Shown: positions 24,256-35,299 of the stretch, piece by piece | How positions within the stretch are numbered: position 1 is the first letter of the stretch | Layout of the letters: every line of letters starts with the position of its first letter | IMG/VR virus record: IMGVR_UViG_3300040786_000062 | Length of the DNA: 64,000 nt | Reading direction: 5' to 3' (one strand) | Source: a virus | Made by a program: the position numbers and the translations under genes | Notes under the pieces: model-generated | The model's database searches: none | What the model was told of the DNA's origin: nothing | What the model saw: the letters and a program-made list of their open reading frames with translations, nothing else

Positions 24256-24284
24256 AAAAAACCATCAATTGATGGATTTTTTTT
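24255..24284. terminator. Bidirectional terminator between the endonuclease gene and the tmRNA
   Basis: A-run-ccatc-aatt-gatgg-T-run. Confidence 0.7.
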
Positions 24285-24285
24285 C

Positions 24286-24646
24286 TGAGATGACGTTGTA
24301 CTGCCCAACGTCTCTTCCTAGTTAAAAATAACTACTCATTTACAGGTTTAGTAAATTTTTCTAATTTACAAAATAACTAGTTTTTTGAATCTCATCTAAC
24401 TAATAAAAAAGTTTCACTTTTTAACTGATGACGCAGCTTGTAGAATTTTTAGAGTCTTATTACTAAGCTACTAGATCCGCTACTTGGATCATGTTGTTTT
24501 TAAGGGTCGCTACTAAGTCTTCACGAGTTCCTACTTCATTTACGTTTCCGTTTAAAATTTATCAACTAATTTATTAATCGGTTACTGTAGACCACCTGAT
24601 ACCTGCATAATTATCATAATCCAAAAAATCGATGCTAATACACCCC
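24286..24646 (-). ncRNA. ssrA: tmRNA (one-piece, about 361 nt) with a 28-aa tag
   Basis: 5' end GGGGTGTATTAGCATCGA and 3' end GAC-GTTG-GGCAGTA-CAAC-GTCATCTCA. Helix-2 strands pair: TTTTTTGG/CTAGGAAG, GATAATTAT/GTAGTTATT, GCAGG/CCTGT. Resume context is TAAAC|GGA. Tag GNVNEVGTREDLVATLKNNMIQVADLVA (24466-24549) is followed by TAG TAA TAA. It has its own promoter and terminator. Confidence 0.85.
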
Positions 24647-24688
24647 TTGTTATGATTTATATATATTATAATCTAAATATGTAAAAGT

Positions 24689-25045
24689 TTAATTTATTAT
24701 TACATTTTTATATCTAAATGCTTTTAGTGATATTTTTATATTTATCAATAACACCATTGAAGAATTTAGTTTATTACTTGTCATCTCACCATGCCAATAT
24801 TCGTCTGGTATTCTAGGTACATCCTTTCCTCTTGCACTTACCTCAACACCATTTATCTTACCATTCATAAAACCAACAGACCATGTGGTCTTCGTCAACT
24901 TCTCTATATAACCATTTGCGAATATTATCCCCCCATCCTGTTGATCCATCAACATATATATTTACCAATATTAGAATCTTTACTAAGAAGATCACTTCTA
25001 AATGGTAAATCGTTATTATTTCGTTAAAATTTTTAAATGTTTCAT
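24689..25045 (-). CDS. Hypothetical protein with capsid-targeting-like N-terminus (MKHLKxFNEN)
   Basis: ATG at 25045 joins ORF 24689..24955 after one indel. Confidence 0.55.
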
Positions 25046-25089
25046 GTTCTTATTTTTTAATTTTTCGATTAAAACAATCATATTAATAT

Positions 25090-25442
25090 TATATAAAGAG
25101 TCACTATTTATATAATCGTTTAATGAGTATAATTGTCCTACTTTTGCTATTATCACTAGGTAATTTTACTTTATAATATATTCTTTTACTTTAAAGTATA
25201 CTTTGAAGTATTCTACTAATGTCATCAGATATTCATCAACATCAGTTAATTTAAATGCTTCTTCTCGTTTAACGTGTGTTGTTACTATTTTATATTTTAA
25301 ATAGAAATATCCCAATACCCATCATTATATACTATATCAAATTCAAATCCCTTGTCTTTTAATTCGATAAGAATACCCTCGATATCCTCTTTATATTTAT
25401 CTATGTTTACACTTTCGTTAAACTTTTTTTTAAATGTTTCAT
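25090..25442 (-). CDS. Hypothetical protein with capsid-targeting-like N-terminus (MKHLKKFNES)
   Basis: Manual translation MKHLKKFNESVNIDKYKEDIEGILIELKDKGFEF. Confidence 0.55.
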
Positions 25443-25599
25443 GATCTTATTAATTTTAATTTTAACCACCATGTCAATATATAAAGATTCGAATGTTTTA
25501 TATTACTCTTTGACATTATCGTTAAACCATTTTATTACCAACTCTTTTGGAAATATATATTTACCTTCTTTATATTGTATACCACCTTTCTGAATAACA

Positions 25600-26759
25600 T
25601 ATGACGTATCATCTGAATTTATTTTATCAAAATGTTTTATATATTCATCAACATCATTAAATTCTTGTCTAATATACTTATTGCACCATCTTCATATGCT
25701 AACATATCATATTCATTAGGATCAATGTCAATGCCGAAAATATTACCAAAGTAAATATTTAGTTTACCTAAGTCCTTAAATCGTATATCATCATATCCTT
25801 CTATTTGAACTAAAATATCATCTAATATAGTTATTCTAATGTTTAGTTCATCGAACCAAGTATTAAATACTAATGTATCGCTATTATACGTATCAAATTC
25901 TAATTTATTGGTATGCATTAAATCATATCTATTTAATATGCTCTTAACGCCATTTATTGTAGATTTATTGACAAATCTATGTCTTGGTTCAAGTCTATAC
26001 TTAGGAGTATAATTAAATACAGGTCTGTCTGTTGGTAGACTCTCCCAATTCAACTTACAAGCGGCTTCAAGAACTCTTTTAGTATATCCTAGGTCAACCC
26101 ATTCAGAAGTATAATGCTCATCCCATCCACCTGCGCTAATATTAGTGCATTCTGGGATAACATCTAAGAATGTTGCTGTATCAGTATAATATGCTTGTGG
26201 ATCTGGCTTAGAATCGACTCCTAAATCACTTAGTTCAGAACTAAGTGCTTCTGAAAATTTAACAGAACAGCAAACTCTTGCTTTTGTCTTGTCACGACAG
26301 AACCCATTTGTTTTCTATCGAAGGCAACCGCTCTTTAAATTTTTTGAAAAATCAGGGTCAGCCATTAAAGCATTCTGAGAACCCATAAACCACCACTTAA
26401 AATTGGTTCTTCCCAAGAAAGAAGTAGTATGTTCCTGGTATGTTTTATCATAAATAACATTATGGTCATACCAAGTTTGTTATCACCTCTAATATTGTTT
26501 CACCGTCAGTCTTTATAATATCACCTTCTATTATATGCTTTACCTTTCATACTTTTCAGAATAGGTATCAAGGTGTGTGGTGAATAAAGTTTCAGACTTA
26601 CCCACTTCTATATAATAATTACCAATAGAATCTTTTTATATCCTGTTGGTAAGTATTTTTCTAATTTACTCTCATGTTTAAATGGAATAGTATATTCAGT
26701 TAATTTCAAAATGTATCTTTAAAATCATCTTGTGACACAGGTAACTTATTTCTTTTCAT
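25600..26759 (-). CDS. M28/M20-like zinc peptidase, paralog A
   Basis: LFTTHLDT...ILGGDNKLG...YYFFLGEE...AFDRK...CCS...YTDTATF...PECTNISAG...EH; TATATTTG lies 4 nt upstream of the ATG. Confidence 0.85.
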
Positions 26760-26781
26760 ATTACAAATATAATAATTATTT

Positions 26782-27299
26782 TTACAAAAACGGTTTATTA
26801 AAGTGTATATTTTCCTTTGCAAAGTCTTCATAGTCTTCTTCGGAAATATAAAATAAAAACTCTAATATAGTCTCACCTCTCATATTTTCATACATATCAA
26901 AATCCGATAAATATTCTGAGAATATATCAATTTGTATTGATTGTATAGACTGAAATATGGTAACCACATCAACCAATCTTTCTTTAGGGGTTAGTTTAGA
27001 TGTAATGGTAACATCATACCCTCTATTACTTACGGTGAAGTCTCTAACCCTTTTTCTTTAAGTTTACCTCTCAATACATACAAAGGTGCTCCATCTCCTC
27101 ATCTACGGCTAGTTCATCATCGCTTTTATCTCGATTATACTTATAGTCGTCTTCATTATATTCAGGAGTATCAAAATCATCATCCTCATAGGAGTTATCA
27201 TATTTACTATCATCATCTTTATCCCAAGATGAATTCCATACCATTCCTTGACCTGATTGGTCTACCGCCTCTAAAAAAATTTTTATATTTTTTTATCAT
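26782..27299 (-). CDS. Acidic hypothetical protein with capsid-targeting-like N-terminus (MIKNIKIFLE)
   Basis: D/E/Y-rich N-terminal half joins ORF 26782..26976. Confidence 0.5.
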
Positions 27300-27304
27300 C
27301 TTAT

Positions 27305-28632
27305 CTTAGTTCTATTTTAATATATGTTTCATCAAAATCACCGCAGGATAAATTTTATTTTTATTTAAAATCATTTGAACCTGTGTCAATGTTTCTGCGA
27401 TTGTACCTATTTCCGCATTATCTAAATCCAATCTAATATATATCCTATCGTCAGTACCAACCATCTTTTACTTCAAGTTCATATACGACCTTCTTTATTT
27501 CATCTATAACTACTTTATACTTTTTTTATCAACTCACTGCTCATACCTATCTTTCTTGCAGTAGGCAATGAACTCCAATCAACATTAACTGATGCCTTTG
27601 CTAATCTATCTAAATAAGTAATGTTTTGAGTTTCTTTTGCGGTGTGTTCGAAATTATACCCAACTGATATATTTGTACACTCTGGTATATCATCTATAAA
27701 TGATGCTGATCAGTATATATACCACCTGCATCCGGTGATAAATCTAATCCACTTTTGTTATATTCATCACATAAAGCATTCGCAAATTCATCAGAACAAC
27801 ATTGTCTTCCTACTTGTCTAGTTATAACTGATACCGTCTTTCTTCTATCAAAGAAACGCACCTTTAATATTTTCTAAGTAACTAGTTTTGCTATAATCAC
27901 CTGATAATAAGTTAGAACCAATACCACCCACTTCTTCGCCAAGAAAGAAATAATATAATCCAGGTACTTTGTTATGCATCATGTATAACATAACTGCTAC
28001 TCCTGCCTTGTCATCAGCACCTAATATTGAATTACCATCAGTTAGAATATGCTCATCCCCATCCGAATCAACAGTTGATACTAAATTAGTAACAAGTTGC
28101 TTTCTATCTGCGGTGTCTAAGTGTGATGTAAACATCGTTGTATCATCACCCGGTATTATCTTATAATAATTACCAAAACGATCTTTGTCTAACTTTGGTA
28201 GAAATTGTAATAATTCTTTCTCGTGTCCATGTGGATATGTCTTGGTGACTAATGATAGAAATGTTGATCTTACATTTGTAGGGTCATATTTAAATGGCTC
28301 CACGGGAATAGGAGTTGTTTTATCTTAGCAACACCACCATACTTTTTCTCATTAAACTTTCTAACAAAAGCATTAACCTCTTGTGCAGGAATATCCCAGG
28401 AAAGTACTCATTTATGAAATCATGTATCTTTATCGAGTTCCTTTTGCCACCTATAATAACATCAAATTTATATAATCTTTCGATACACTCATATATGTTA
28501 TATCGAGTATGTTTTCTAACTCAGATGAGTCGTGTAACCAACCTAGTTCGTATGCCACATAATCACCATCATCTTCTAATTCCTCAAATATTCTTCGAAG
28601 TTCTATTGAGAACTTCATTTTAATTCAGCCAT
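27305..28632 (-). CDS. M28/M20-like zinc peptidase, paralog B, with N-terminal extension
   Basis: MFTSHLDT...ILGADDKAG...YYFFLGEEVGGIGS...SFDRR...CCSDEF...YTDSASF...PECTNISVGY..EH. Confidence 0.88.
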
Positions 28633-28649
28633 TAATATCTTATATTTTT

Positions 28650-29036
28650 TTAAATTATAACTTCATTTGTATTTTTATAATCTACACTTACCTGACCATC
28701 ATTATGATCCTTTTGTTTTTACAAACTTTCTCTTGCAATAAATAACAGTTATGTTATTTAATGACTTTGCCTTACTATTCTTTTAGTGAGCTCGGCAACT
28801 TTTCTTATTATTTCTGGTGTTGGTAAATTATCTCTAACCACTATAACAGAGTGAGATCCAGGAAATCCCTTCACATGCATCCAAATATCATCACTATCAG
28901 CAATGTTAAATGTTAAATGGTCGTTTGATTTGGCATCTCTACCTATATAAACTATAAATCCATCTATATCTAATGTTCTAATATCAGGAAATTTATCTTT
29001 ACCTTCATTAAATGATTTAAAATTCTTTACTTTCAT
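28650..29036 (-). CDS. Stand-alone NFACT-R (DUF814) RNA-binding domain protein
   Basis: IYIGRDAKSNDHLT...DDIWMHVKGFPGSHSVI...A.L...SK...V.Y...V.K...G.V; N-terminus MKVKNFKSFNE. Confidence 0.85.
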
Positions 29037-29076
29037 ATTCTATATATAAAATTAAAATAGCGTAAATATATACATA

Positions 29077-29104
29077 AAAAAGACTCTAATTTCTTAGAGT
29101 CTTT
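29077..29104 (-). terminator. Terminator after the major capsid gene
   Basis: aaaagactctaa-ttc-ttagagtctttt. Confidence 0.8.
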
Positions 29105-29123
29105 TAGATTAACTAATTAATGA

Positions 29124-30773
29124 TTAGTTTAAGTATTGATCATCAGTTACTTGATAGTCATAAATTGTTTTGTGGAAACCATCCCACTTCAGCAACAGCA
29201 TATCTTGATCTAAGTAACATTCTTGGTGCAAAAGTTGCTTCAGAAATAATACTGATAGATTGTGCCATCAAGTAAGGTACGAAGATGATACCTGGTTGGT
29301 CTGGATTATTCTTTCTACCCAAAACAACTCTGTTATCATTATACTTCATGTAAGGATCGATATAGATTGAAATATCTCCAATTGAACCTACTGGGTATAA
29401 TTGTCCTTGTCCATTCATTTTAGATCTTAGCGGGTTAATTGTGTAACCAGCGATATCTTGAAGTGCAGCACCAAGACCACCGTTTGTAATTAAATACTGT
29501 GCTGGTCCAACACGTCCTTCTGTTGCGATATAGTTAGATGCGTGAGCAATCTTAGTTATCAATTTACGTTGAACAGCGTGAGTTGTTTCTCCACCTAATG
29601 TTCCATTTGCATATGATGTATCTAAATCGAAGATAGTTTGAAGAGTCAAACCTGATCCAGATCTAACTGGTGCTCCTGTTGTTCTGTTCAATTCACCCAT
29701 TTCGAAGATTTTAGCAACGATTTGCTTAGAAATTGTTTGAGACAATTCGTTAACAAGGATTGATTCCATCTTTTGAACGATATCCATACCTGTGTTTGCT
29801 TTTAATGTCTTCAATTTCAGTTCTTCTTAGAGCTGAAGATACTTCAATAGTACCAACTGCAATAGTCTTAGTTGAGATTTTCGGTCCGATAACACCAGAA
29901 TAAGTTTTATCATCTTGTTCTCTACTCATTGGATAATCACCTGAACTTAAGTTAGATGTCCAGTTTGCTGAGAAACCTGGCAATTGTCTTCTAATGCTGA
30001 AATCAATTCAATTGTTGAATCTGATGCACCAACTGTTCCGATCCAAAGAATTTGAAGAACCATTGAATTCGTAGCAGCAAATGTGTTTTTAGTAACATCA
30101 AAAGAAACTGATATTGACCAGCAGTGTTTGCTTGTCTGTATGTTCTGAACATTGGTAAACCATCTACTCTTGAGAATCCTAAAATTCAAGAACTCCTTCT
30201 TTACTAACTGGTTCAGCATTCAATAACAATGAAGCTGATGCTCGATGCTTTTAACGAATATTCTACCACCTTGTAAACCACCTTGTGTTTGTGATACCTG
30301 ATGTAGCTGCAAAATGCAGTTAATGATGCATTGATAGCAGCACCTTTTGTTGCGTTGTTCAATTTGAAAACTTGTGGTCTTGCATCTTCAGTGTCAAGGT
30401 CATCATATTGAAAATCAATATAAAGTAAATCTACTTTTGGACCTGGTGTTGGCTTAACAGCAACTAAATCCAAACCAATTGTTTGAGCAGCAATTTTCAT
30501 AGCTACTGGTAAAGGTTTTGTCCGATATCACCTGAACCAACTCCGTTTGCATAGTTACCTAAAGTTTGTCCTGCTAATCCTGAAGGTTGTGCAGCAACAA
30601 CTGCTCCCATACCTGCAACGTTACTTGCGTTAACATATGCGTTCTCATTAATTGAGTGAAATTCTGCATACTCTGACATCCAAGTAAGTTTGTCTTCTCC
30701 TACAACTCCCATGTTTTCCAAAACAGGAGACCATTTTTCATGGCTTTTGATTATCTATTCTAATCTGTGACAT
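29124..30773 (-). CDS. Major capsid protein (T4 gp23-like), frameshifted
   Basis: KKWSPVLE N-terminus; AAQTIGLDLVAVKPTPGP; IEDIKANTGMD...ILVNELSQTISKQI; GRVGPAQYLITNG; GSIGDISIYIDPY; YLMAQ...FAPRMLLRSRYA. Confidence 0.92.
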
Positions 30774-30852
30774 AATTTTTTTTTTTTTTTTTTTTTTAAT
30801 TCTATATGTATATATATCCTTTATTTTGTCATTTTTTGACAGTGTGGATTTT

Positions 30853-32899
30853 TTATAGATTAAATGTTTTAAATCTCTCCATAATAGCAGTCATATCGCC
30901 ATCTGATAACTTATCTTCTTGTATCAAACTTTGAGAAACTAATTTTCTAGATGTAGATTCAGTTTTAATGTTTCTAGTAGACCAAAATGATCAACTTGAT
31001 TTTCAGTTACTAATACTTCTTCTGGATATAATCTAGCTTGAGATAAGATAGATTTTTTAGAAGACTCATTTAACTGACCCCAGATTGGCTTCATGTTTTC
31101 AGGCATCAATCTGATTACTCTCTCTTCAAGAGTTTCATTCTTAGTAGAAAGTGATTCTGCTATCAAAGTTAGAACGTCTTTTGCTGTAAAATAACTACTT
31201 TCGCTTATGTGTAGTTTGACATCATCTTGTTCTTCTCCTGATAGAGAGTAATAACTATCTACTTGTGATTTATTTAAGAATTTCAAGAAATTCAAATCAC
31301 TGCTTTCAGAAACTTTACGTTTTTAGCTTCTGCTATTAATTTATTTATAGAATCTGAAAGTTGTGAATCACTTTCTCCATAATATTCTTCTTCACCTTCT
31401 TCATTTTCAGGTAAGTATTCTTTTGCTCATCTTCATCTTCTTCTGTTGAACAGTCAGCACCTACATAACCTGGCTGCATTTTATAATCTTCTTTGTTTTC
31501 AGGAATTTCATTCTCTTCATCTTGTTCAAATCCTGCGTCCATTAATGATGGAAATCTTTCTTCTTCACCAAATCCTTCATTTAATTTGTTTCCGTTTAAT
31601 CTTTCAACTATCATTCCTTGGTAGTTAATAGATTTATCAAGGCTTTCTGCTAAATATTCAGAATATCCGATGTTATCATCTAAATGTTCTGCGATATATT
31701 CAGAGTATGCAATATTACCTTCAACGCTTTCTGCTAAATACTCAGAATAAGCAATTGAGTTATCGACATTTTCTGCTAAGTATTCAGAGTATGAAATGTT
31801 TTATCAAGACTTTCTGCGATATACTCAGAATATTCAATGTTTTATCAAGGCTTTCTGCGATATACTCAGTATAAGAAATGTGTTTATCAACACTTTCAGC
31901 CAAATACTCAGAATATTCGATATTCTTATCAACATTCTCAGCTAAGTACTCAGAGTATCCGATGTTTTATCAAGACTTTCTGCTAAGTACTCAGAGTAGT
32001 TAATTGCCTTTCTAAATTTTCCGCTAAATAGTCATTATGCTTTGCTAATTTGCCTGTTGTTTCTTTTAAAGATTTGTTTTCAGTTACAATTATTTGAATT
32101 TTTCTGCTAAATAATCTAAATACTTACCAACTTGAGTGTTGCTGCTATTTAATTCTTCGTAGTATGCTAATAATTCGTCTAATTTCTTGGACTCATATCT
32201 CCTTTAGAGATTGCTTTTAACTTCTTTTGAGTTGTTGCAATTTCGTTTACCAAATAATGTGAGTAATCACTTAATTGTTTTTTGTTACAAATTCATTTTT
32301 GTTCATGTTGAATAGTTCGTTAATTTTGACTCATCGGACATTTCATAAATCCTAAAGTTGTTTTGTTCTATCTTACCGTCTTCACAATAACCCAAAGACT
32401 CATTTAAAACTTTTATGCTCATTTTGCAGATGCAAACCCAGGATCAGCAACAATATCATATGTGAATAATTTCTTTAATGATACTGAACCATCAGATTCT
32501 GTAATACCTGCTGCTCTTGATGATACGAAAATAGGACAACCATCATCGATAAGTGCCTTAGATTCTTTACCCCAATAGGTACTTAGTAATTTTATCTCTC
32601 CTGCAACTAGGTTCTTTTCAGAAACAAATTCTGCTTTTGTGATAATGTGAGATGCACGTGATAACGAAGTATCAAATACATCCGGGTGATCAAACTCACC
32701 ATAAACAGCACCTAGGCTGGTCATTCTTTCATTTAATTCTTCTAAGGCCGGTAAGAATTTGGTGCATTATAAATTCGCTCATTACGATTTTAACACCAAA
32801 CTCTGTAAACGTACCATTAAGAATATAATCTTTGCTGTTACCAACAGATTCTCTTATAAGAGAATCTGTTGAATTTTCTACGATTAAAACTGGTTTCAT
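30853..32899 (-). CDS. Prohead protease (gp21-like) fused or translationally coupled to a scaffold/core protein (gp22-like)
   Basis: GTFTEFGVKNRNERIY...VYGEFDHP...SHII...GCPIFVSSRAAG...TYDIVADPGF, followed by a coiled-coil, a repeat region and an acidic segment; lies directly upstream of the capsid gene. Confidence 0.88.
31630..32045 (-). repeat. Ten tandem 42-nt units encoding Y(S/T)EY(L/I)AE(S/N)(L/V)DKNI-type 14-aa repeats
   Basis: On the + strand, ta(c/t)tcag(a/t)(a/g)ta recurs every 41-42 nt from about 31655 to 31990, with one degenerate unit (HNDYLAEN). Confidence 0.92.
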
Positions 32900-33044
32900 T
32901 TATATAATTATTTTTGTAGTTCTGTGGTATATATAACATGTTCGTTATAACAAAAAAATAAAGGTGGATTTTTTATAGAACAAATAACTTTTCGGAATAT
33001 AATAGGAAGTAATAACTTTATTATATAGATAAAAAAAATAGTAT

Positions 33045-33430
33045 ATGATCCTTTCAAGAGAGATAGAAATAAAAATAACAGAAGCAAATTATTATTACTA
33101 CGAATTCTTAGGATATGAGTTGTATATTGGAGAATCTATATTAATACCAGTAGAGTTACTACCGAAGGGTTCACATTATAAGATACTATGTAAATGTGAT
33201 GGTATTGATTGTGTAGTCGAAAAGAAGTGATATATAAAAATTATTTAAAGTATGATAATAAATGGGAGAATATTACTGTAGAAAATGTTCCGAAAAGAAG
33301 AAAAAGAAACCTGAGAAGGAACTTTGGAGTTGATTATCCAATACAGAATAAAAAAAGTACACCAACGAAAAAATACTTTAGTAGAAAAGTATGGGGTTGA
33401 TAATATCTCAAAAAAAAAAAAAATAAAAAT
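33045..33430 (+). CDS. Zinc-finger plus KYGV-repeat module resembling the N-terminus of phage homing endonucleases; no nuclease domain
   Basis: KGSHYKILCKCD..C...K...Y...YYCRKC...KETL..NFGVDYPIQN...TL.EKYGVDN. Confidence 0.6.
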
Positions 33431-35272
33431 GATTAAATTAAAGAAGATAGTATACATGATGGTACTATCGAATTCACAAGTAGTGAAAATGCGTTCATAA
33501 AAATAGATGATAGTCGTGTATTCATATTTAAAAGAAACACACTAAATGCACTTAACCAAGATAAAGTTAAAGTTAAGATTATTATAAAAAATAATAAAGT
33601 TGAAGCAGAAGTAATTGAAGTTACTGAGAGATATAGAACTCAGTTTGTAGGTAAGGTACATATAAATAAGAAATTAACCTTTGTTATACTAGATAGTCAA
33701 AAGATACCAGTAGACTTTTATATAAAAGGAGACCACGATGCGCTAGATGGTCAAAAGTTCTAGTTGAACTTATAAGTTGGGAACCAGGAACCAAATCACC
33801 CAAAGGTAATATTGTAGAAGTAATTGGAAATCCTGGTGAGAATAACACTGAGATGAATTCATTATGTATGAATATGGATTACCAAATAGTTTTCCACTAA
33901 TGGTAGAAGCAGATGCTTCTTAATAAGCAGTGTAATAACTGATGAAGAAATTAGTAAAGGAGAGACTTTAGGAACATATCTACTTTTACAATTGATCCAA
34001 AAGATGCAAAAGACTTTGATGATGCGTTATCAGTAAGTATACTTGGAGACAATATTGAAGTAGGTATACATATTGCTGATGTGCATTATATAAAAGAAGG
34101 AACTGATCTAGAAGAAGAGGCTGCTAAAAGAGCAACATCAGTTTATTTAGTTGATAGATGTGTGCCTATGTTACCGGAGATACTAAGTAATGGAGTTTGT
34201 TCATTAAAACCAAATGAAGATAAACTTTGTTTTCTGTTGTTGTTACTTTAAACAAAGAAGGTGATATTTTATCTAAATGGTTTGGTAAGACCATTATACA
34301 TTCTGATAGAAGATTTTCTTATGAAGAAGCACAAGATATAATCGAAGGTAATTCCGGTGATTATGAAGCAGAAATTCTAATACTAGACACAACTGCTAAG
34401 AAAATGAGAAGTAAGAGAATTAAAGAAGGTTCTATTGAAATGGGTGGTATTGAAGTTAAATTTCAATTAGATCCTATTACAAAGAAACCAACTGGTGTTT
34501 ATTTCAAAGAACAAAAGATGCGAATAAGTTAATCGAAGAATATATGTTGCTTGCTAATAGGCTAGTCGCAAAACTATCAGAAGCAAAGTATCATAATATT
34601 TATAGAGTACATAATTCTCCTAACATTGATAAACTAACTGCATTATCTTTGATATGTAAGAACTTTGAATATAGCCTAGATGTAGAAGATACTAATAACC
34701 TTAAAGATTCTATAAATAAACTGGTTAGTGATATAAAGGGTAAACCAGAAGAAAATATGATAGAGACTCTTATAACTAGATGTATGTCAAAAGCAACTTA
34801 TACGATAAAAATGGGACATTATGGATTAGGATTCACACACTATTCTCACTTCACAAGTCCTATTAGGAGATATCCTGACTTAATAGTACATAGAATTCTA
34901 TTAGATTATTTAAATAAGAAACCTAACGGAAATCCAAAAAAGATAGAAGACTCTGCAAAATGGTGTTCTGAAAGAGAAGTACTGCAAGGGCAGAGCGTGA
35001 TTCTATTAAATTTAAACAGATAGAGTATTTAGAAGATAAACTTGGACAAGTATTTGACGGAATGGTATCTGGTGTTACTGATTGGGGTATGTATGTTGAA
35101 CTAATTGAAAGTAAATGTGAGGGTTAGATATGATAAACTATATAAAGTAGATACTGAAAATTATATTGTATATACTAAAACAGGGAATCAATAAGATTGG
35201 GTGATAATGTAAAAGTTCTTGTTAAGTCTGTTGATTTAGAACGAAGACAAATAGACTTTGAAATATTCTAAT
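33429..35272 (+). CDS. rnr: Ribonuclease R (RNB family), frameshifted
   Basis: Cold-shock/OB domains, [86 protein letters not shown]-terminal S1 domain. Confidence 0.95.
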
Positions 35273-35299
35273 ATAATAAATAGAATTATATAAATAAAA

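Noticed and set aside
25600-26759. Initially suspected AAA/MoxR ATPase
   Set aside because: Full manual translation shows HLD, GDNK, GEE and EH peptidase ligands and clear paralogy to the 27305-28632 gene; there are no Walker motifs.
30776-30797. 22-nt poly-T (poly-A leader of the capsid gene)
   Set aside because: An A-rich leader fits Bacteroidota-type initiation, but the length of long homopolymers is unreliable in this data type.
31630-32045. 42-nt periodic repeat as a CRISPR or DGR template/variable repeat
   Set aside because: Variation is mostly synonymous or conservative in a 14-aa protein repeat, is not adenine-specific, and no reverse transcriptase is present in the window.
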